Below are positions 1 to 12,599 of a stretch of DNA of 64,000 nucleotides, in pieces. How positions within the stretch are numbered: position 1 is the stretch's first letter; the number at the start of each line of letters is the position of its first letter. The position numbers and the translations under genes were made by a program. Source of the DNA: Octopus vulgaris (lineage: Eukaryota); contig OX597830.1 in assembly GCA_951406725.2 (NCBI GenBank), forward strand, positions 31,682,001-31,746,000, read 5' to 3'. The notes below the pieces were generated by a model that searched no databases, was not told where the DNA came from, and saw only the letters and a list, made by a program, of their open reading frames with translations.

Positions 1-890
1 TATGAGGTGTTATGTAAAGGTTCCCGGACTAGTTATGTTTAATAAAAAATAACTTATAAATAAATTTTAACACCATTTCCTTCAAAATAGTTACCTTACA
101 CAGCAATACACCGGTCCCTGTTTTCTTGCCACTTTTGGCATCCTGCCTGGAAATCGCTTTCCATAAGCAAGTTGAAGACTTCTGTAATTCACTCTTGATC
201 TTGATAACAGCATTAAAATGGTAACCTTTGAGCTGCATTTTCCTCTTGGGGAAGTGCTGGAAGTCTGCAGGTGCTAAATTTGGTGAATAGATTGGGTATG
301 GAAGTGATACCATGTTGTCTGGGTTGAGAAACTCACAAGAGAGGAGAGCTTGGCAACAGGGGGAATTGTCATTGTGAAAAATCCAATTCGTTGCACTCCA
401 CAAATCTATTCACTTTCGCCAAATGTCCTCCCTCAAGCATTTCAAAATGTCCTCCAAAAATCTTCATGCACAAGCTGATGAATTTTCTCCCCATTTCTTG
501 GGGTGACGCTCATGACAGGTCTTCCAAATCACACTTCATCTTAAAGGGACATTCTTCTGCTCTTGAAGAGACCATGCTACTCAAAACATTGTCTACAAAC
601 CATTGCCTCATCCTTGTAAGCTTGCTGAAGCATTCTCAACGTCTCTGTAGTAGACTTCCTTAGTTTAATGCAGAATTTCACATTGGTTCTTTGTTCCAAG
701 TTCCAGTCCATGACAAGAATTGCAAACTACAGCATGTACATGATCACAAAAGCATAAATTCCACTACAATGGCATTCAGCATATTACCTCATGAAGATCA
801 CTACCAGCTCTCACTGTACACACAACTATGTGTTGCCATCTGTTGGCATGCTACATAACTAGTCTGAAAACTTTTTGATATCACCTCGTA
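1..890 (-). mobile_element. Internally deleted mariner (Tc1/mariner) transposon with both TIRs
   Basis: TIRs TATGAGGTGTTATGTAAAGGTTCCCGGACTAGTTATG (1-37) and revcomp TACGAGGTGATATCAAAAAGTTTTCAGACTAGTTATG (ending 890), both TA-bounded. Minus ORF 29-403 has WIFHNDNSP...PYPIYSPNLAPADFQHFPK (mariner HDNA and YSPDLAP motifs). N-terminal HTH remnant (LEQRTNVKFCIKL...LQQAY) with stops at ~460-712. Confidence 0.9.
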
Positions 891-904
891 TATACATATA
901 ATGA

Positions 905-1200
905 GGAGGTGCAATGGCCCAGTTGTTAGGGCAGCGGACTCGCGGTCGGAGAATTGCAGTTGTGATTCCCAGATCGGGCGTTGTGTGTGTTTATTGAGCG
1001 AAAACACCTAAAGGCTCTGGCTGGGGCGATGGCGACCCCTGTTGTACTCTTTCACCCCAACTTTCTCTCAGTCTCTCTTCTTGTTTTTTGAGTAAGGCTG
1101 CGATGGACTGGCATCCCGTCCAGCTGGGGGGAACACATATGCCACAGAAACCCGGAAACCGGGCCCATGAGCCTGGCTAGGCTTGAAAAGGGTGCATAAA
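905..1200 (+). mobile_element. tRNA-derived SINE, family C
   Basis: Head GGAGGTGCAATGGCCCAGTTGTTAGGGCAGCGGACTCGCGG with A-box and decayed B-box; body shared with copies at 19033 and 52870. Confidence 0.8.
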
Positions 1201-1254
1201 AAAAATAAATAAAAATATGCATATAAAATGCAGTAATAGTTTGCTTAGGTATGG

Positions 1255-1455
1255 TGTTTGTCCCTTTCTCACCCACCCCATCACTTGACAACCAGTGTCA
1301 CTGTGTTTATGAACCCATAATTTAGAGGTTCAGCAAAAGAGACCAATATAAAAAGTAATGGGGTTAATTCTTCCGACTAAAAATTCTTCAAAGTGGTGCC
1401 CCAGCATGGCCACAGTTTAATGACTGAAACAAGTGAATGATGAAAGATGAAAGAT
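1255..1455 (+). mobile_element. SINE family B, 3' half
   Basis: CTTGACAACC...GGTTCAGCAAAAGAGACC...GTGCCCCAGCATGGCCACAG...GACTGAAACAAG matches the full copy at 50734-51135. Confidence 0.75.
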
Positions 1456-1499
1456 GAAAGATAAATGATATTAAGATTTATATTTCACAGGAATCTCTG

Positions 1500-2480
1500 C
1501 AGATTTTTGCTGCTGGACACATCCTGAATTTAGTTGAAACTGCATCTCAAAGACTGGCTTTGGTCCTCAGAGCCAGACAATAATTCCAGATCCCAGCATT
1601 AACAACCGACTCATTACAAACCTCAGCTGTGACCCAAAATAGTGCATTGCACTCACATCTGGGTTGGTGCTGATGCAAAGTGTACATACACCTTAGATTC
1701 CATGGTAGGAAAGGACACTTGTCTCATTGGTGTGAAGCTGTTAACTCTCACCACACACACACACACACAGACACACCAACCATTGGCTCATAGATATACT
1801 GTCTCCTCTCTCAGACTTTTCTACTGCTTCTAATAAGGCCTCTAGGTGAAGGTGCATGGTTCAGTGGTTAGAGTGTTGGGCTCACAATCATGAGGTAGTG
1901 AGTTCAATTCCCAGACCAGGCTGTGTGTTGTGTTCTTGAGCAAGAAACTTTATTTCATGTTGCTCCAGTTCACTCATCTGTAAAAATGAGCTGTGGTGTC
2001 ATTGGTGCCAAGCTGTATCAGCTTCACCTTTCCCTTGGATAACATCGGTGGCCCGGGCAACTGCTGGTCTTCCTCAAAACAACCTTGGAGGGAGGCTTTC
2101 TAGATGCAATGCCATGGTCATTCATGACCGAACGGGGTCTTTACTCATTTACCCTAATATGGCTTCTGCTCCTCTGATCTGGTTGATCCCATGCTACATC
2201 TACTCAAACACTCATAATTCACCCGTCTGCATGCTTCCTCCTCTTAGCATCCTTATCATATACCCTCACCAGTCCTTACACTGCCCAATGCATCCAGTCC
2301 TTGCACTGACCAATACATCCAGTCCTTTCTTCTCGTAATGTTGGCTCTCTGAAATTTTCCCTTCATACATGTTTTACTTGCAGCCATTAACTTTCAACTG
2401 ATCAGGAAGAATACTAACCATGCTGTTCTTGATGGTCCCAAAGGAACTGCGAGGACCAGGAGCATAACACCTTCCTCTTA
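1500..2480 (+). mobile_element. Decayed CR1/Jockey-type LINE 3' fragment interrupted by a SINE
   Basis: Translation fragments HCTHIWVGA..LDS and QPLAHRYTVSSLRLFYCF, then GFCSSDL after the SINE, resemble the post-RT region of CR1-group LINEs; frameshifts and stops present. Confidence 0.5.
1847..2140 (+). mobile_element. tRNA-derived SINE, family D (CORE-like central domain)
   Basis: A-box TGGTTCAGTGG, B-box GAGTTCAATTCC, then TTCTTGAGCAAG...CACTCATCTGTAAAAATGAG (CORE-like); related to 6872 and 58510. Confidence 0.8.
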
Positions 2481-2624
2481 AATCAAAACAGTAAAATAAA
2501 AAGTCTGCCAAAATATCAAGTAGTTGCTTTTTGTCTCTCTTGCATCTATAACTCTATAATTCTTCATGCAAATCTTTATTTCTTGTCTATCCTTCCATTG
2601 GTCTATAATTCCATTTCTCTATAT

Positions 2625-3140
2625 AGGCACAAGTGTAGCTATAGAAGTGGCTGTCTGGGGAGAAGCTTGCCTCCTGACCACACAGTTAAGTTTTCAGTCC
2701 CACTATGTGACACCTAGGCCAGCCCAAGGCTACGATAGCCTTGGGCTGAACAAAGCTTTGTGAGTGGATTTAGTAGACAGAAACTGAAAGGTGGCGAGCT
2801 GGCAGAAACGTTAGCACGCAGGGCAAAATGTTTAGCAGTATTTCGTTTGCTGTTACGTTTTGAGTTCAAATTCCGCCGAGGTCGACTTTGCCTTTCATCC
2901 TTTCAGGGTTGATAAATTAAGTACCAGTTACACACTGGGGTCGATGTAATTGACTTAATCCCTTTGTCTGTCCTTGTTTGTCCCCTCTATGTTTAGCCCC
3001 TTGTGGGCTATAAAGAAATAAGAAACTGAAAGAAGCCCGTTGTGTGTATGTCCCCCACCCACACTTGACAACAGGTGTTGGTGCATTTACATCCCAGTAA
3101 CTTAGCAGTTCAACAATAAGTATCAGGCTTAAAAAAAAAA
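2625..3140 (+). mobile_element. SINE family B interrupted by a family A insertion
   Basis: Family B head and body flank the nested element; target AGAAACTGAAAG is duplicated at 2779-2790 and 3021-3032. Confidence 0.8.
2791..3020 (+). mobile_element. SINE family A, full length, with 12-bp TSD
   Basis: GGCGAGCTGGCAGAAACGTTAGC...GAGTTCAAATTCC...GTCGACTTTGCCTTTCATCCTTTC...; closely matches 3712 and 10367. Confidence 0.9.
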
Positions 3141-3326
3141 AGTGTACTCTTGGCCTATAAGTCTATAAGTCTGTTTTTCTCTCTTTAAAATTCTACTGCT
3201 CTATTTCCAAGAAAACTGCCTGATTAGGATGAGCTAAAGAGAGTGGCTGTATGTGGTCGTTCAACATGCTAGAAAGAGCAGCCAAATTCTTCTCAAAATA
3301 AACCTTAAAAGTAGTAATGCATTATG

Positions 3327-3695
3327 AACAAGAGCACTCAGAGAGCACAAACCTCTGCCAAGGCAACACCAACATCCTGTCAATGATTAGCCAGAGATGA
3401 TTTTCAAAATGAGAATATCTGAAATAAACTCAACTGCTCTCACAAACGAGAATACTAAATATGAATCTGATTGCTCTCAAAAATTATGTAAAAAGAAAAC
3501 AGAAAAAATAATCTAGAATCCTTGTTCGGTATTGGATCAACCCCAAAATCTAATCAGTTCATGCCAGTCATGAGCCCAAACATCCCTGGAAGTTTCATCT
3601 GAATCCATCCTGTGATTCCTGAGATATCTTGTCCACGTACAAACAAACAAATGTAACTGAAAACAATAACTCCACCTTCGCTTAGGCAGAGGTAA
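3327..3695. mobile_element. Helentron-associated (HINE/DINE-1-like) non-autonomous element
   Basis: Starts AACAAGAGC; subterminal inverted repeat ACCTCTGCC (3351) / GGCAGAGGT (~3685-3693); (ACAA)n tract and terminal hairpin near the right end. Confidence 0.6.
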
Positions 3696-3711
3696 TAATG
3701 TAATCTCAGTT

Positions 3712-3948
3712 TAAGGTGGCAAGCTGACAGAAACATTAGCATGCTGGGCGAAATGCTTTGTGGTATTTCGTCTGCCGTTACGTTCTGAGTTCAAACTCCA
3801 CTGAGGTCGACATTGTCTTTCATCCTTTCGGGGTTGAGTAAATAAGTGCCTGTTATGCACTGGGGTCGATGTAATCGACTTAATCACTTTGTTTGTCCTT
3901 GTTTGTCCCCTCTATGTTTAGCCCCTTGTGGGTAATAAAAAAATAAAC
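3712..3948 (+). mobile_element. SINE family A with 15-bp TSD
   Basis: TSD AATGTAATCTCAGTT at 3697-3711 and 3949-3963; body matches family A. Confidence 0.9.
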
Positions 3949-4089
3949 AATGTAATCTCAGTTGGAATGCTTAAAAATGACAATCGGCTGGTTCCTGCTA
4001 GAATTCTTTCGACCAAAGCTCCACTGAATCCTGTCTTACCTAGGGCTAAAGTATAAAATACCTTATACTGAAAAAGATCTCAATGCAAA

Positions 4090-5040
4090 TTATGGAACTG
4101 ACCCAGAACATACCTATCACATGTTGTCATACGATAATTCTTGGTGTCGTAAACCTATTCACAATAGTTCCAACTAATGAGAACATTAGCAGTTGTCAGA
4201 ATCAGGTTGGAAAATGACAACACACTCAATAAGAGAAGAAAATTGCTACTTGGCAACATAATAGAAATGTTGACTCTTGTGTGTAAAGATAATTCTCTTC
4301 AAACTGTAAAGATGTGTTGTAGCAAGGTTTGAACGGAAAGCAAAAGGATTTTGTTATTATCAATAGTAAATAAAAGACGGCAAGATGGTAGAGTTGTTAG
4401 CACACAGGGTAAAATGCTTAGTGGCATCTCATCTGTCTTTACATTCTGAGTTCAAATCCCGTCATGGTTGACTTTACTTTTAATCCTCTCTGTGTCAAAT
4501 GAAATAAATACTAGTGCTTAACTGGTATTTATTTCATCGACCTCAAAAGGATGAAAGGCAGAATTAATGAATCTATAGCATATCCTAATTTTTATTACGA
4601 TTAGAATTTATTGTCACATGTTGAATAAAAATTTTTACAGTTTAGTAAATTTGAACTAAATTTGAACAAATTCGCCAAAATTTGAACTCAGGACGTAAGG
4701 ACAGATAAAATGCCACTAAGCATTTTACCTTGTGTGCTAATGATTCTGCTGATGGCAGCAGTGGTAGTTGCTGTGACAGCAACAGTGATGAAGATGATAA
4801 CATGAACATGTGAGCAGACAAGGTTAACAAAATACTCGACAGCCAAATCATCATAGTTAAGCAAACTCAAAACCTGAACGAATCAGTAAAGTGCATTGTT
4901 TATCCAATGTCTTTTGTACTCTTTACGGTATGACCCCTGCAGAGAATTAACAAGATGATCTTCATTGAGCCAACAAACAACTTCAAAATGGTCATTGAAG
5001 CTGATGGAAGTGATAATAGCGACTCACACTCCTTTGAATC
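4090..5040 (+). pseudogene. Penelope-like element reverse transcriptase relic, interrupted by family A SINE pieces
   Basis: 4140-4280 reads LGVVNLFTIVPTNE / IRLENDNTLNKRRKLLLGNIIEMLTL (cf. PLE RT motif DVxSLFTxVP...RLEND). 4960-5010 reads FIEPTNNFKMVIEADG (cf. IxFTxE). Frameshifted. Confidence 0.55.
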
Positions 5041-5364
5041 TTTAACAAGGAATCATTCCTAAGGCAAATTGGAAGAGTTATTAGAGTGTCAGATAAATTA
5101 CCGGATTTGTTCTGATTTGCTGCACTTTAAGTTCAAATTTCACTGAGGTCAAAACTGATTTAAAAAAAATTTTTTTATCATATAGAGATTGGTATAAAGG
5201 TACCATCAAAGGCAGAGAATTAGCTGAAGATTTAGAGAGTCAGTCAAGATGCCTTGCACTGTATTCCAGATATCTGGGTTCTGTCATTAATGTCTGTGAT
5301 GAGACTAGTGCCAAGCTGTATCATATAAAGTTAGTGACCTTTCTTTTGAATGAACAATTGGTGG

Positions 5365-5520
5365 TAGGCGTGGCTGTGTGGTAAGAAGCTTGCTTCCCAA
5401 CCACATGGTTCTGGTTTCAGTCCCACTGTATGTCACCTTGGGCAAGCGTATTCTACTATATCTTCAGGTCAACCAAAGCTTTGTGACTGGATTTAGTAGA
5501 CAGAAACCGAAAGAAGCCTT
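5365..5520 (+). mobile_element. SINE family B head (a 3' half lies at ~6035-6225)
   Basis: GGCGTGGCTGTGTGGTAAGAAGCTTGCTTCCCAACCACATGG...CACCTTGGGCAAG. Confidence 0.8.
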
Positions 5521-6871
5521 GTGTGGACTAAGATCCTCGTTGACAGGCCTCTAGTATTTATAGAGTTAAACACTTTCAGTATGCAAATTAGGGACTCCTT
5601 CATAGAGTAACTGCTGCATTTGTTGAGTATATAAACAATTTGGCTGCTTGTTTCTCTGGAGACTGCTGGAATGATGTACACATTTCTGATGAGAACCCAA
5701 TAAAGTGCAATTAAAGTTGTTTATCATTTTTTTTCAACATCTGTTCTGACCTGGAATGGTAGTACCTGTCAGAGTTCCATCTAAGGATTAAATAGATTTT
5801 TGTAAGGATAAATTGAGATCCTTAGCTGCAGAGAAACCAATCAACCAAGAAGGAAAACCCCCAAATCAATACCCTCTTCCAACATACCCTAAACCAGTAT
5901 AGAAGAGTTTGGCTGATATAACTAACAGAAAGTGTGTGCAATAACATAGATTCATGCTACAAAGGCATGCTACAAAGGTATATTACATAATTATACTAAA
6001 TGTTACATATATATATATACATTTGTATGTATATATCTGTGTGTGTGTCTTTATATTCTGTGTTTGTTCCCCCTCCACCACTTGACAACTGCTGGTGTGT
6101 TTATGTCATCATTACTTAGTGGTTCAGCAAAACGCGACTAATAGAATAAGTATCAGGCTTAAAGAAAGATAAGTCTTGGGGTCATGGCCAAAGTCAAAGG
6201 ACTGAAATAAGTGAAAGGTAAAGAGGTAAGTCTTCCTTGCAACAGCAACTGTCAGTCTTACTCAAAAAAATCATTCCTAATCTTGTACGTACATGACATG
6301 ATATACTTGGTCAACATATATATCAGCACGAGGCTTGGACGAAGGGGTTGGTTGAGTACTCATGAGCTGAGTACATGACTGGTACTCCATTTTATCAACT
6401 CTTCCCCCCCTCAAGAAGAAACACAAGCAAAGTAGGCTTTGGTGCGATTTAAACTAAGAACATTAAAAAGATGGAATGATTATCCCAAAATATTTTGCTT
6501 GATGCTCCAACGGATCTGCCAATAATCACCAATTCACATTTTCTTTGTATGTTGGTTGAGTAATGGATACAACAAGAACTGTACTTTCTGGCATACAAGT
6601 TGAATTTTTCAGAAAAAAAGTTACAGCCATAATAAGTCGATCATCTCATGCAGTAAGATGATGTTGTAAGATTAAAAATTTACATCTAAAATGCAGCAAC
6701 ATTTGAAAAGATAATGATAGTGTTTAAATGTTTATGCTACATGTTTACACTACATATAATGTCGATTTGTATGCTGGAAAATATGGTATACGCCATGGCA
6801 AAATTGAACTGGACCGCAGAATATCTAAAAGGTAAGTACTTGGTATCATATAATGGTAAGTACTACATATT

Positions 6872-7208
6872 GGTGACCCTCTTCGGTCAGACACTGACCA
6901 TGGGTTTGCACCTAGAGAGTTACCCTCTGAGGCACAAGTCTGGGCAAGGTTGTTTTATGGAAGACAGCAGTCGCCCATGCATACCGGTCTCCCCTCTCCA
7001 CGTCACCGATGTTGTCCAAGGGAAAGGCAAGGGCCGATACAGCTTGGCACCTGTGACATCGCAACTCATTTGTAGAGCTGAGTGAACTGGAGCAACGTGA
7101 AATAAAGTGTCTTGCTCAAGAACACAAGACGCAGCCTGGTCCGGGATTCGAGCTCACAACCTCACGATCATAAGCTCGACGCTCTAACCACTGAGCCACG
7201 CGCCTTCA
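6872..7208 (-). mobile_element. SINE family D, full length
   Basis: Minus head GAAGGCGCGTGGCTCAGTGGTTAGAGCG...GAGCTCGAATCCC; CORE-like block; flanks share ACTACATATT. Confidence 0.9.
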
Positions 7209-7819
7209 CTACATATTACAAGTACTACATATTACAAGTACTACATATTACATATTGGTAAATAGACTGCATTCTGTGACCATCTTCACTATTTTGGTAT
7301 TGTTTGGATGAGTATGACGTTAAACTGCAACCAGTGGTGAGGCTTCGGTTGAGGGATTCTGAAGTTGTGGATAAGCATAGAATCACCCCTCAATTACCAT
7401 TATCCCTACATCTGTTCTGACCTGGAATGGTAGTAAACCTGAAGCTGTGGTTGAAAGATATTTGCCCCAGATGATACTGCTGCTGCACACAAAGATTGAA
7501 CTCAGAATCCTCAGACTGCAGAGAAGTGGTACATCTTTTGTCAGTTGACTGTTCCAAAGTAATTAGTCTTCTTCATCTACATACAAATTTCAGTTTCTGC
7601 TCTGAAAACTTCCACGGCCTGGATAGCTTAAATACAAATGGACCTGATGGAATTCCATCTCTAAATTATGGTGAACAGTTGCCAATTTGGAACCAGAATT
7701 ATTGTCCTGAGGAACATTCCATTATGTATCAAACATGGCTTCATAATTCAAATTACATTATATTAGTCATTTCTGTATATATCTACACATTCATTTATAT
7801 GTATATATGTATGTAGGTG

Positions 7820-7820
7820 C

Positions 7821-7913
<93 letters not shown>

Positions 7914-8057
7914 ATTATGTATGTGTATATGTGTGTGCATACATGTATGGCTGTATGTATCTAAATATAACACACACACACAGACATACATAATACACAA
8001 TTATATATACATGTATATAAATACATACATATATACATATATATATATATGTATTTA

Positions 8058-8115
<58 letters not shown>

Positions 8116-8150
8116 TATACATATATAAATGTACAAACACATATATAGGA
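7820..8150. repeat. (TCTA)n and (TA)n/(CA)n compound microsatellite
   Basis: Directly visible; source of the YI-rich ORFs. Confidence 0.95.
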
Positions 8151-8781
8151 TGATAACAAATGGATCTATGAATCTTTGTCTGTTTCGATGATGTGCTTTC
8201 CAATTTTCCAATCAAATTAACTTCCTAATCGCTGAATCATAAAAGCAACTGGCTGAGTATAACATGGACTCTTGGACAGAGTTTTCATTGCAGAATTATA
8301 GGCCCCTGGGCAAATCCATACACTGGCCCCTATGGTATTTATTTACTAACACCAAGCCAGAAATGGAGCCCCTAGACCCATGATGCCCCTAGACCCATGA
8401 CACCTCTGAGTCCATTCCTTAAGATGGCACTGCTCTTGCACACTTAGCATTATCCAGGGGCAGAATCAGTGAGACATTGGCGCAGCAAGTTTGGTATTTC
8501 AAATTATGGTTGGAGATCATTTGGTAGGCTTCTATGCAGTTTCCTTTTCACAAATACTACTCTCACAAGGTATCAATCAACAAAAGGACTACGGTATAGG
8601 ATGTACAGGACTCTTCTACAAGATTCCACATGATGGGATTGAACTTGGAACTACATGACCGAGTGACAGAATGATCCAATCAAGAGTGCTTATATACATC
8701 AAAAGCCCATATGAGAAGTTCCCTCATGGTAACTGTCACAGTATTCTGTGTTCTAACACCAACATCTACTTTTAAGAGGGC

Positions 8782-8827
<46 letters not shown>

Positions 8828-8865
8828 TCCAATATGAAAATATGCATTAATGGAAAACCTCTATA

Positions 8866-8955
8866 AATGGCTGATGATTGCTCAACATTTTAAAACTGTT
8901 GTAATGCTTACAATATTTTAATAAAATGATGTCGCGTGAAACGATCATACCAAAT
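8866..8955 (+). ncRNA. Type I hammerhead motif with long stem II (slightly decayed)
   Basis: TGG-CTGATGA(8871)-long hairpin-GAAAC(8938)-GATC-ATA-CCA; stem III is one transition from the palindrome ACGATCGT. Confidence 0.6.
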
Positions 8956-9062
8956 TACCGAAGATATTCTTGTTGCTTATTTTGATTATATATATATATA
9001 TGTATGTATATATATATGTATGTATGCATGTACATATGTATGTATATATGTATGTATGTATA

Positions 9063-9235
9063 TCATCATCATCATCATCGTTTAACATCTGCTTTCCATG
9101 CTGGCATGGGTTGGATGGTTTGACTGAGGACTGGTGAGCCAGAAGGCTGCACCAGGCTCCAATCTGATCTGGCAAAGTTTCTACGGCTTGATGCCCTTCC
9201 TAGTGCCAACCACTCCGAGAGTGTAGTGGGTACTT
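9063..9235 (-). mobile_element. Retroposon family E 3' end with (GAT)n tail
   Basis: Revcomp GGTTGGCACTAGGAAGGGCATC...CCCATGCCAGCATGGAAAGCAGATGTTAAACGATGATG; related copies at 35603, 41326, 42055. Confidence 0.8.
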
Positions 9236-9439
9236 TATATATATATATACATAGGCTTCTACTCAGTTTCCTGTTTTCAAGTATATATTTCAGACTGATG
9301 TAATGCTTGCATTGATCGATTAAATGGAACTGCCTGAAAGAGCCGTAATACTCTTATACCTGGACATCCTTGTTATTTATTTGCTTATGAATTTGTGTTG
9401 CAAGTATAGCGCTAAAGATTTGTTTGTACAAAACAAACA

Positions 9440-9885
9440 ATGCCGCCAATACTGATCTATGCAGCTGAGAGCTTGAAGATGACAGCAAAAATCACCCACC
9501 AACTCAATGTATTTCATCAGAAAGATTCTAAGAATCACTTATCGCGACAGAGTGACAAATGAAGCCATTCTTTAGGCAGCATGAATAAGGCCCCTGCATG
9601 CCATTGTAACTGAATGACAAATGAGAATGGCTGGACACATACTAAAACTGCCAGTGGAGAGGCTTGCCGAAACAGCCATGGGATGGATGCTGCTGGAACG
9701 TAAGAGAAAAAGAGGTTGGCGAAGGAAGACATGGCGCAGTACCTTCAAAGAAGACCTACACAGACTGGACATCAGCTAGGAACAAGCCTATCAGTTGGCT
9801 AAAGATATCAATAATTGGCAATCATGGACTGCCCGATGTGCTGCTCAAAGGCACCAATGGACCTAAGAAGCAGAGAATTTGAACA
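9440..9885 (+). mobile_element. RTE-clade LINE 3' fragment
   Basis: PILIYAAESLKMT..LNVFHQ / KILRITYRDRVTNE...MAGHILKLP...KRKRGWRRKTWRSTFKEDL, typical of the RTE ORF C-terminus; stops present. Confidence 0.8.
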
Positions 9886-10145
9886 TACAGAGAGAGACAG
9901 TCTTTGCATATCACCTGAGGAAGCATAACTAGATTTCTAAATGCAGGGAAACAGTTGCTTAATCAAGTACCTGCACATTATATATGTATGTTTATATATA
10001 TATATATATCAGCCGAAATTGTGAGGATGATACGGTTCTTGACTGAAGATTAGAGGCTTCGAATGACCCATCCGTTTTTTGTGTCGTCTATTTGAGTGTT
10101 TTGCGTTCTTGTCCCATTTTGTATTTTTTTATATATATTTTTTAT

Positions 10146-10176
<31 letters not shown>

Positions 10177-10260
10177 CAGACATACATTTATGTGTATGTA
10201 TATATACCTTTTACTTGTGTGTGTCATTGGGCTCTGGCCTCTAACTGTAGCAACACACAG

Positions 10261-10315
<55 letters not shown>

Positions 10316-10324
10316 CATACATAG

Positions 10325-10366
<42 letters not shown>

Positions 10367-10370
<4 letters not shown>

Positions 10371-10594
10371 CTTTACTACCCACAAGGGGCTAAACACAGA
10401 CGGGACAAACAAGGACAGACGAACGGATTAAGTCGATTATATCGACCCCAGTGTGTAACTGGTACTTAATTTATCGACCCCGAAAGGATGAAAGGCAAAG
10501 TCGACCTCGGCGGAATTTGAACTCGGAACGTGACGACAGACGAAATACAGCTACGCATTTCGCCCGGCGTGCTAACGTTTCTGCCAGCTCGCCG

Positions 10595-10596
<2 letters not shown>
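10367..10596 (-). mobile_element. SINE family A, CpG-rich (young) copy in (TA)n
   Basis: Reverse complement of the 2791 copy with CpGs retained. Confidence 0.9.
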
Positions 10597-10650
<54 letters not shown>

Positions 10651-10736
10651 TGGACATGAGTTAGAATATGAATAAATGAGTAAAGAATGAATACAAAGTC
10701 CCCCCCAAAAATAACCATCACGAAATACAGCAATTC

Positions 10737-10775
<39 letters not shown>

Positions 10776-10977
10776 CACGCACGTACAAACAATAATTCCA
10801 TTGCCTATATAGTTCAGTTTTACCTACATATCTGCACATACACAACACAGACAGGAGAGAAGAGAAGGGCTTTATGGACCTTTATGCATACACATGGACC
10901 TTCATATTATGGCCACACACACACACAAATGCACATGAACATATATTCATTCATTCACTACCACACAGACATGCACA

Positions 10978-11128
10978 GAGGAGGAGGAGGAGGAGGAGGA
11001 GGAGGAGGAGAAGAAGAAGAAGAAGAAGAAGAAGAAGAAGAAGAAGAAGAAGAAGAAGAAGAAGAAGAAGAAGAAGAAGAAGAAGAAGAAGAAGAAGAAG
11101 AAGAAAAAGAAGAAGAAGGGAGGAGGAA
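10978..11128. repeat. (GGA)n(GAA)n purine tract
   Basis: Directly visible. Confidence 0.95.
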
Positions 11129-11353
11129 AATGGAGTGTACGAAGAAGGGATAATGGCAGTGACCTAATTAATTTCAATGGACAACAGAATGTTGTCCCCT
11201 CTGCCTGGAAAGATGACTGCAAAAAGGACAGGGTGGGGCAGGGTGGGGGATGGGGGCTGAAGAGAAGGTGAGGGTGGGTCGGGTTGGGCGAGGGCGGAGG
11301 TGAACTAGGTTGGGACCCCCACCCCACCCTGGGAATTGGGGTTGGGGTTGGCG

Positions 11354-11384
<31 letters not shown>

Positions 11385-11879
11385 TAGGGGAGGTGATTTG
11401 TTAGGAGCTTTCAGGGAGGAAAAAGATAGGCTGTGTGTGTGTGTGAGAGGGCTTTACGTCTATTGATTGATTTCAGTACACACGCACACACGTGTGTGTG
11501 TGTGTGTGTGTATGTAGATGTCTATGTGCGCATGTGTGCATGTCAGGGTGAGTGACATGCATGTGTGTGTGTGTGTGTGTGTGAGTGTGTGTGAGGATAA
11601 AGAATGTATTTCATTTTTGTTTCATTACATGCTTGTGTGTATGTGTGAGTCTTTGATTTGTGTGTGCCTGTATGTATATGAGTGTGTGTGTGTGTGTGTG
11701 TCTGGGGGGGGGTGTACGTGTGAATCCATATGTCCATTCACCCCATGCCCAACACATCTGACCCCCCTGCACCCACCACATACCTATTTGTCCACATTGA
11801 AAAGAAAGAGGACAGGAAGCTTCTTGCTGAAGACAATTGGATCAACTCCTCCCGAAGAAGAGTTGAACATGATCACGAT

Positions 11880-12568
11880 TTTGATGATGATGATGATGAC
11901 GATGACGATGCTGATGTTGATAATGATGATAATGATGATGACGAGGATGATGATGATGGTGGTGGTGGTGATGACAATGATGATGATGACGACAATGATG
12001 ATGATGCTGATGATGATAATGATGATGATAATGATGATAATGATGATGATAATGATGATGATGATGATGATGATGATGATGGTGATGGTGGTGGTGATGA
12101 CAATGATGATGATGATGATAATGACGACAATGATGATGATAATGCTGATGCTGTTGATGATGATGACAATGATGATGAGGAAGACGATGATGCTGATGAT
12201 GATGACAACGCTGATGACAACAACGATGCTGCTGCTGATGATGATGACAACGACAATGACGATGACAATGATGATGACAATGACGACGACGACGGCGATG
12301 ATGATGATGATTGTAAAATGACAGTATAGATGTTGACAGTGATGATGTTGATGATGCTGACAATGACAACGATGAAGAAAGTCCTGTTGTTATTATTGCT
12401 GTTGTTGTTGTTGTTGGTCGCAGTGGCACTGCTGCTGCTGCTGCTGCAGGTAGTAACAGCGACATGCCGTTGGTAATAGTAGTGATGCTGCTGCTGCAGC
12501 TAATGATGATGATGATGATGATGTGACGAACATGGCGGCATGTAGTTGTTGTTGTTATTGTTGTTGTT

Positions 12569-12599
<31 letters not shown>

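Noticed and set aside
7496-7816. 106-aa ORF containing GPDGIP
   Set aside because: At most a small decayed CR1/L2 scrap; too little support to call.
10010-10130. Hammerhead at CTGAAGA (10043)
   Set aside because: No GAAA or stem III downstream.
11730-12329. Poly-Asp acidic protein, or His-rich protein on the opposite strand
   Set aside because: (GAT)n is open in nearly all frames; there is no signal peptide or unique domain to favour any one.
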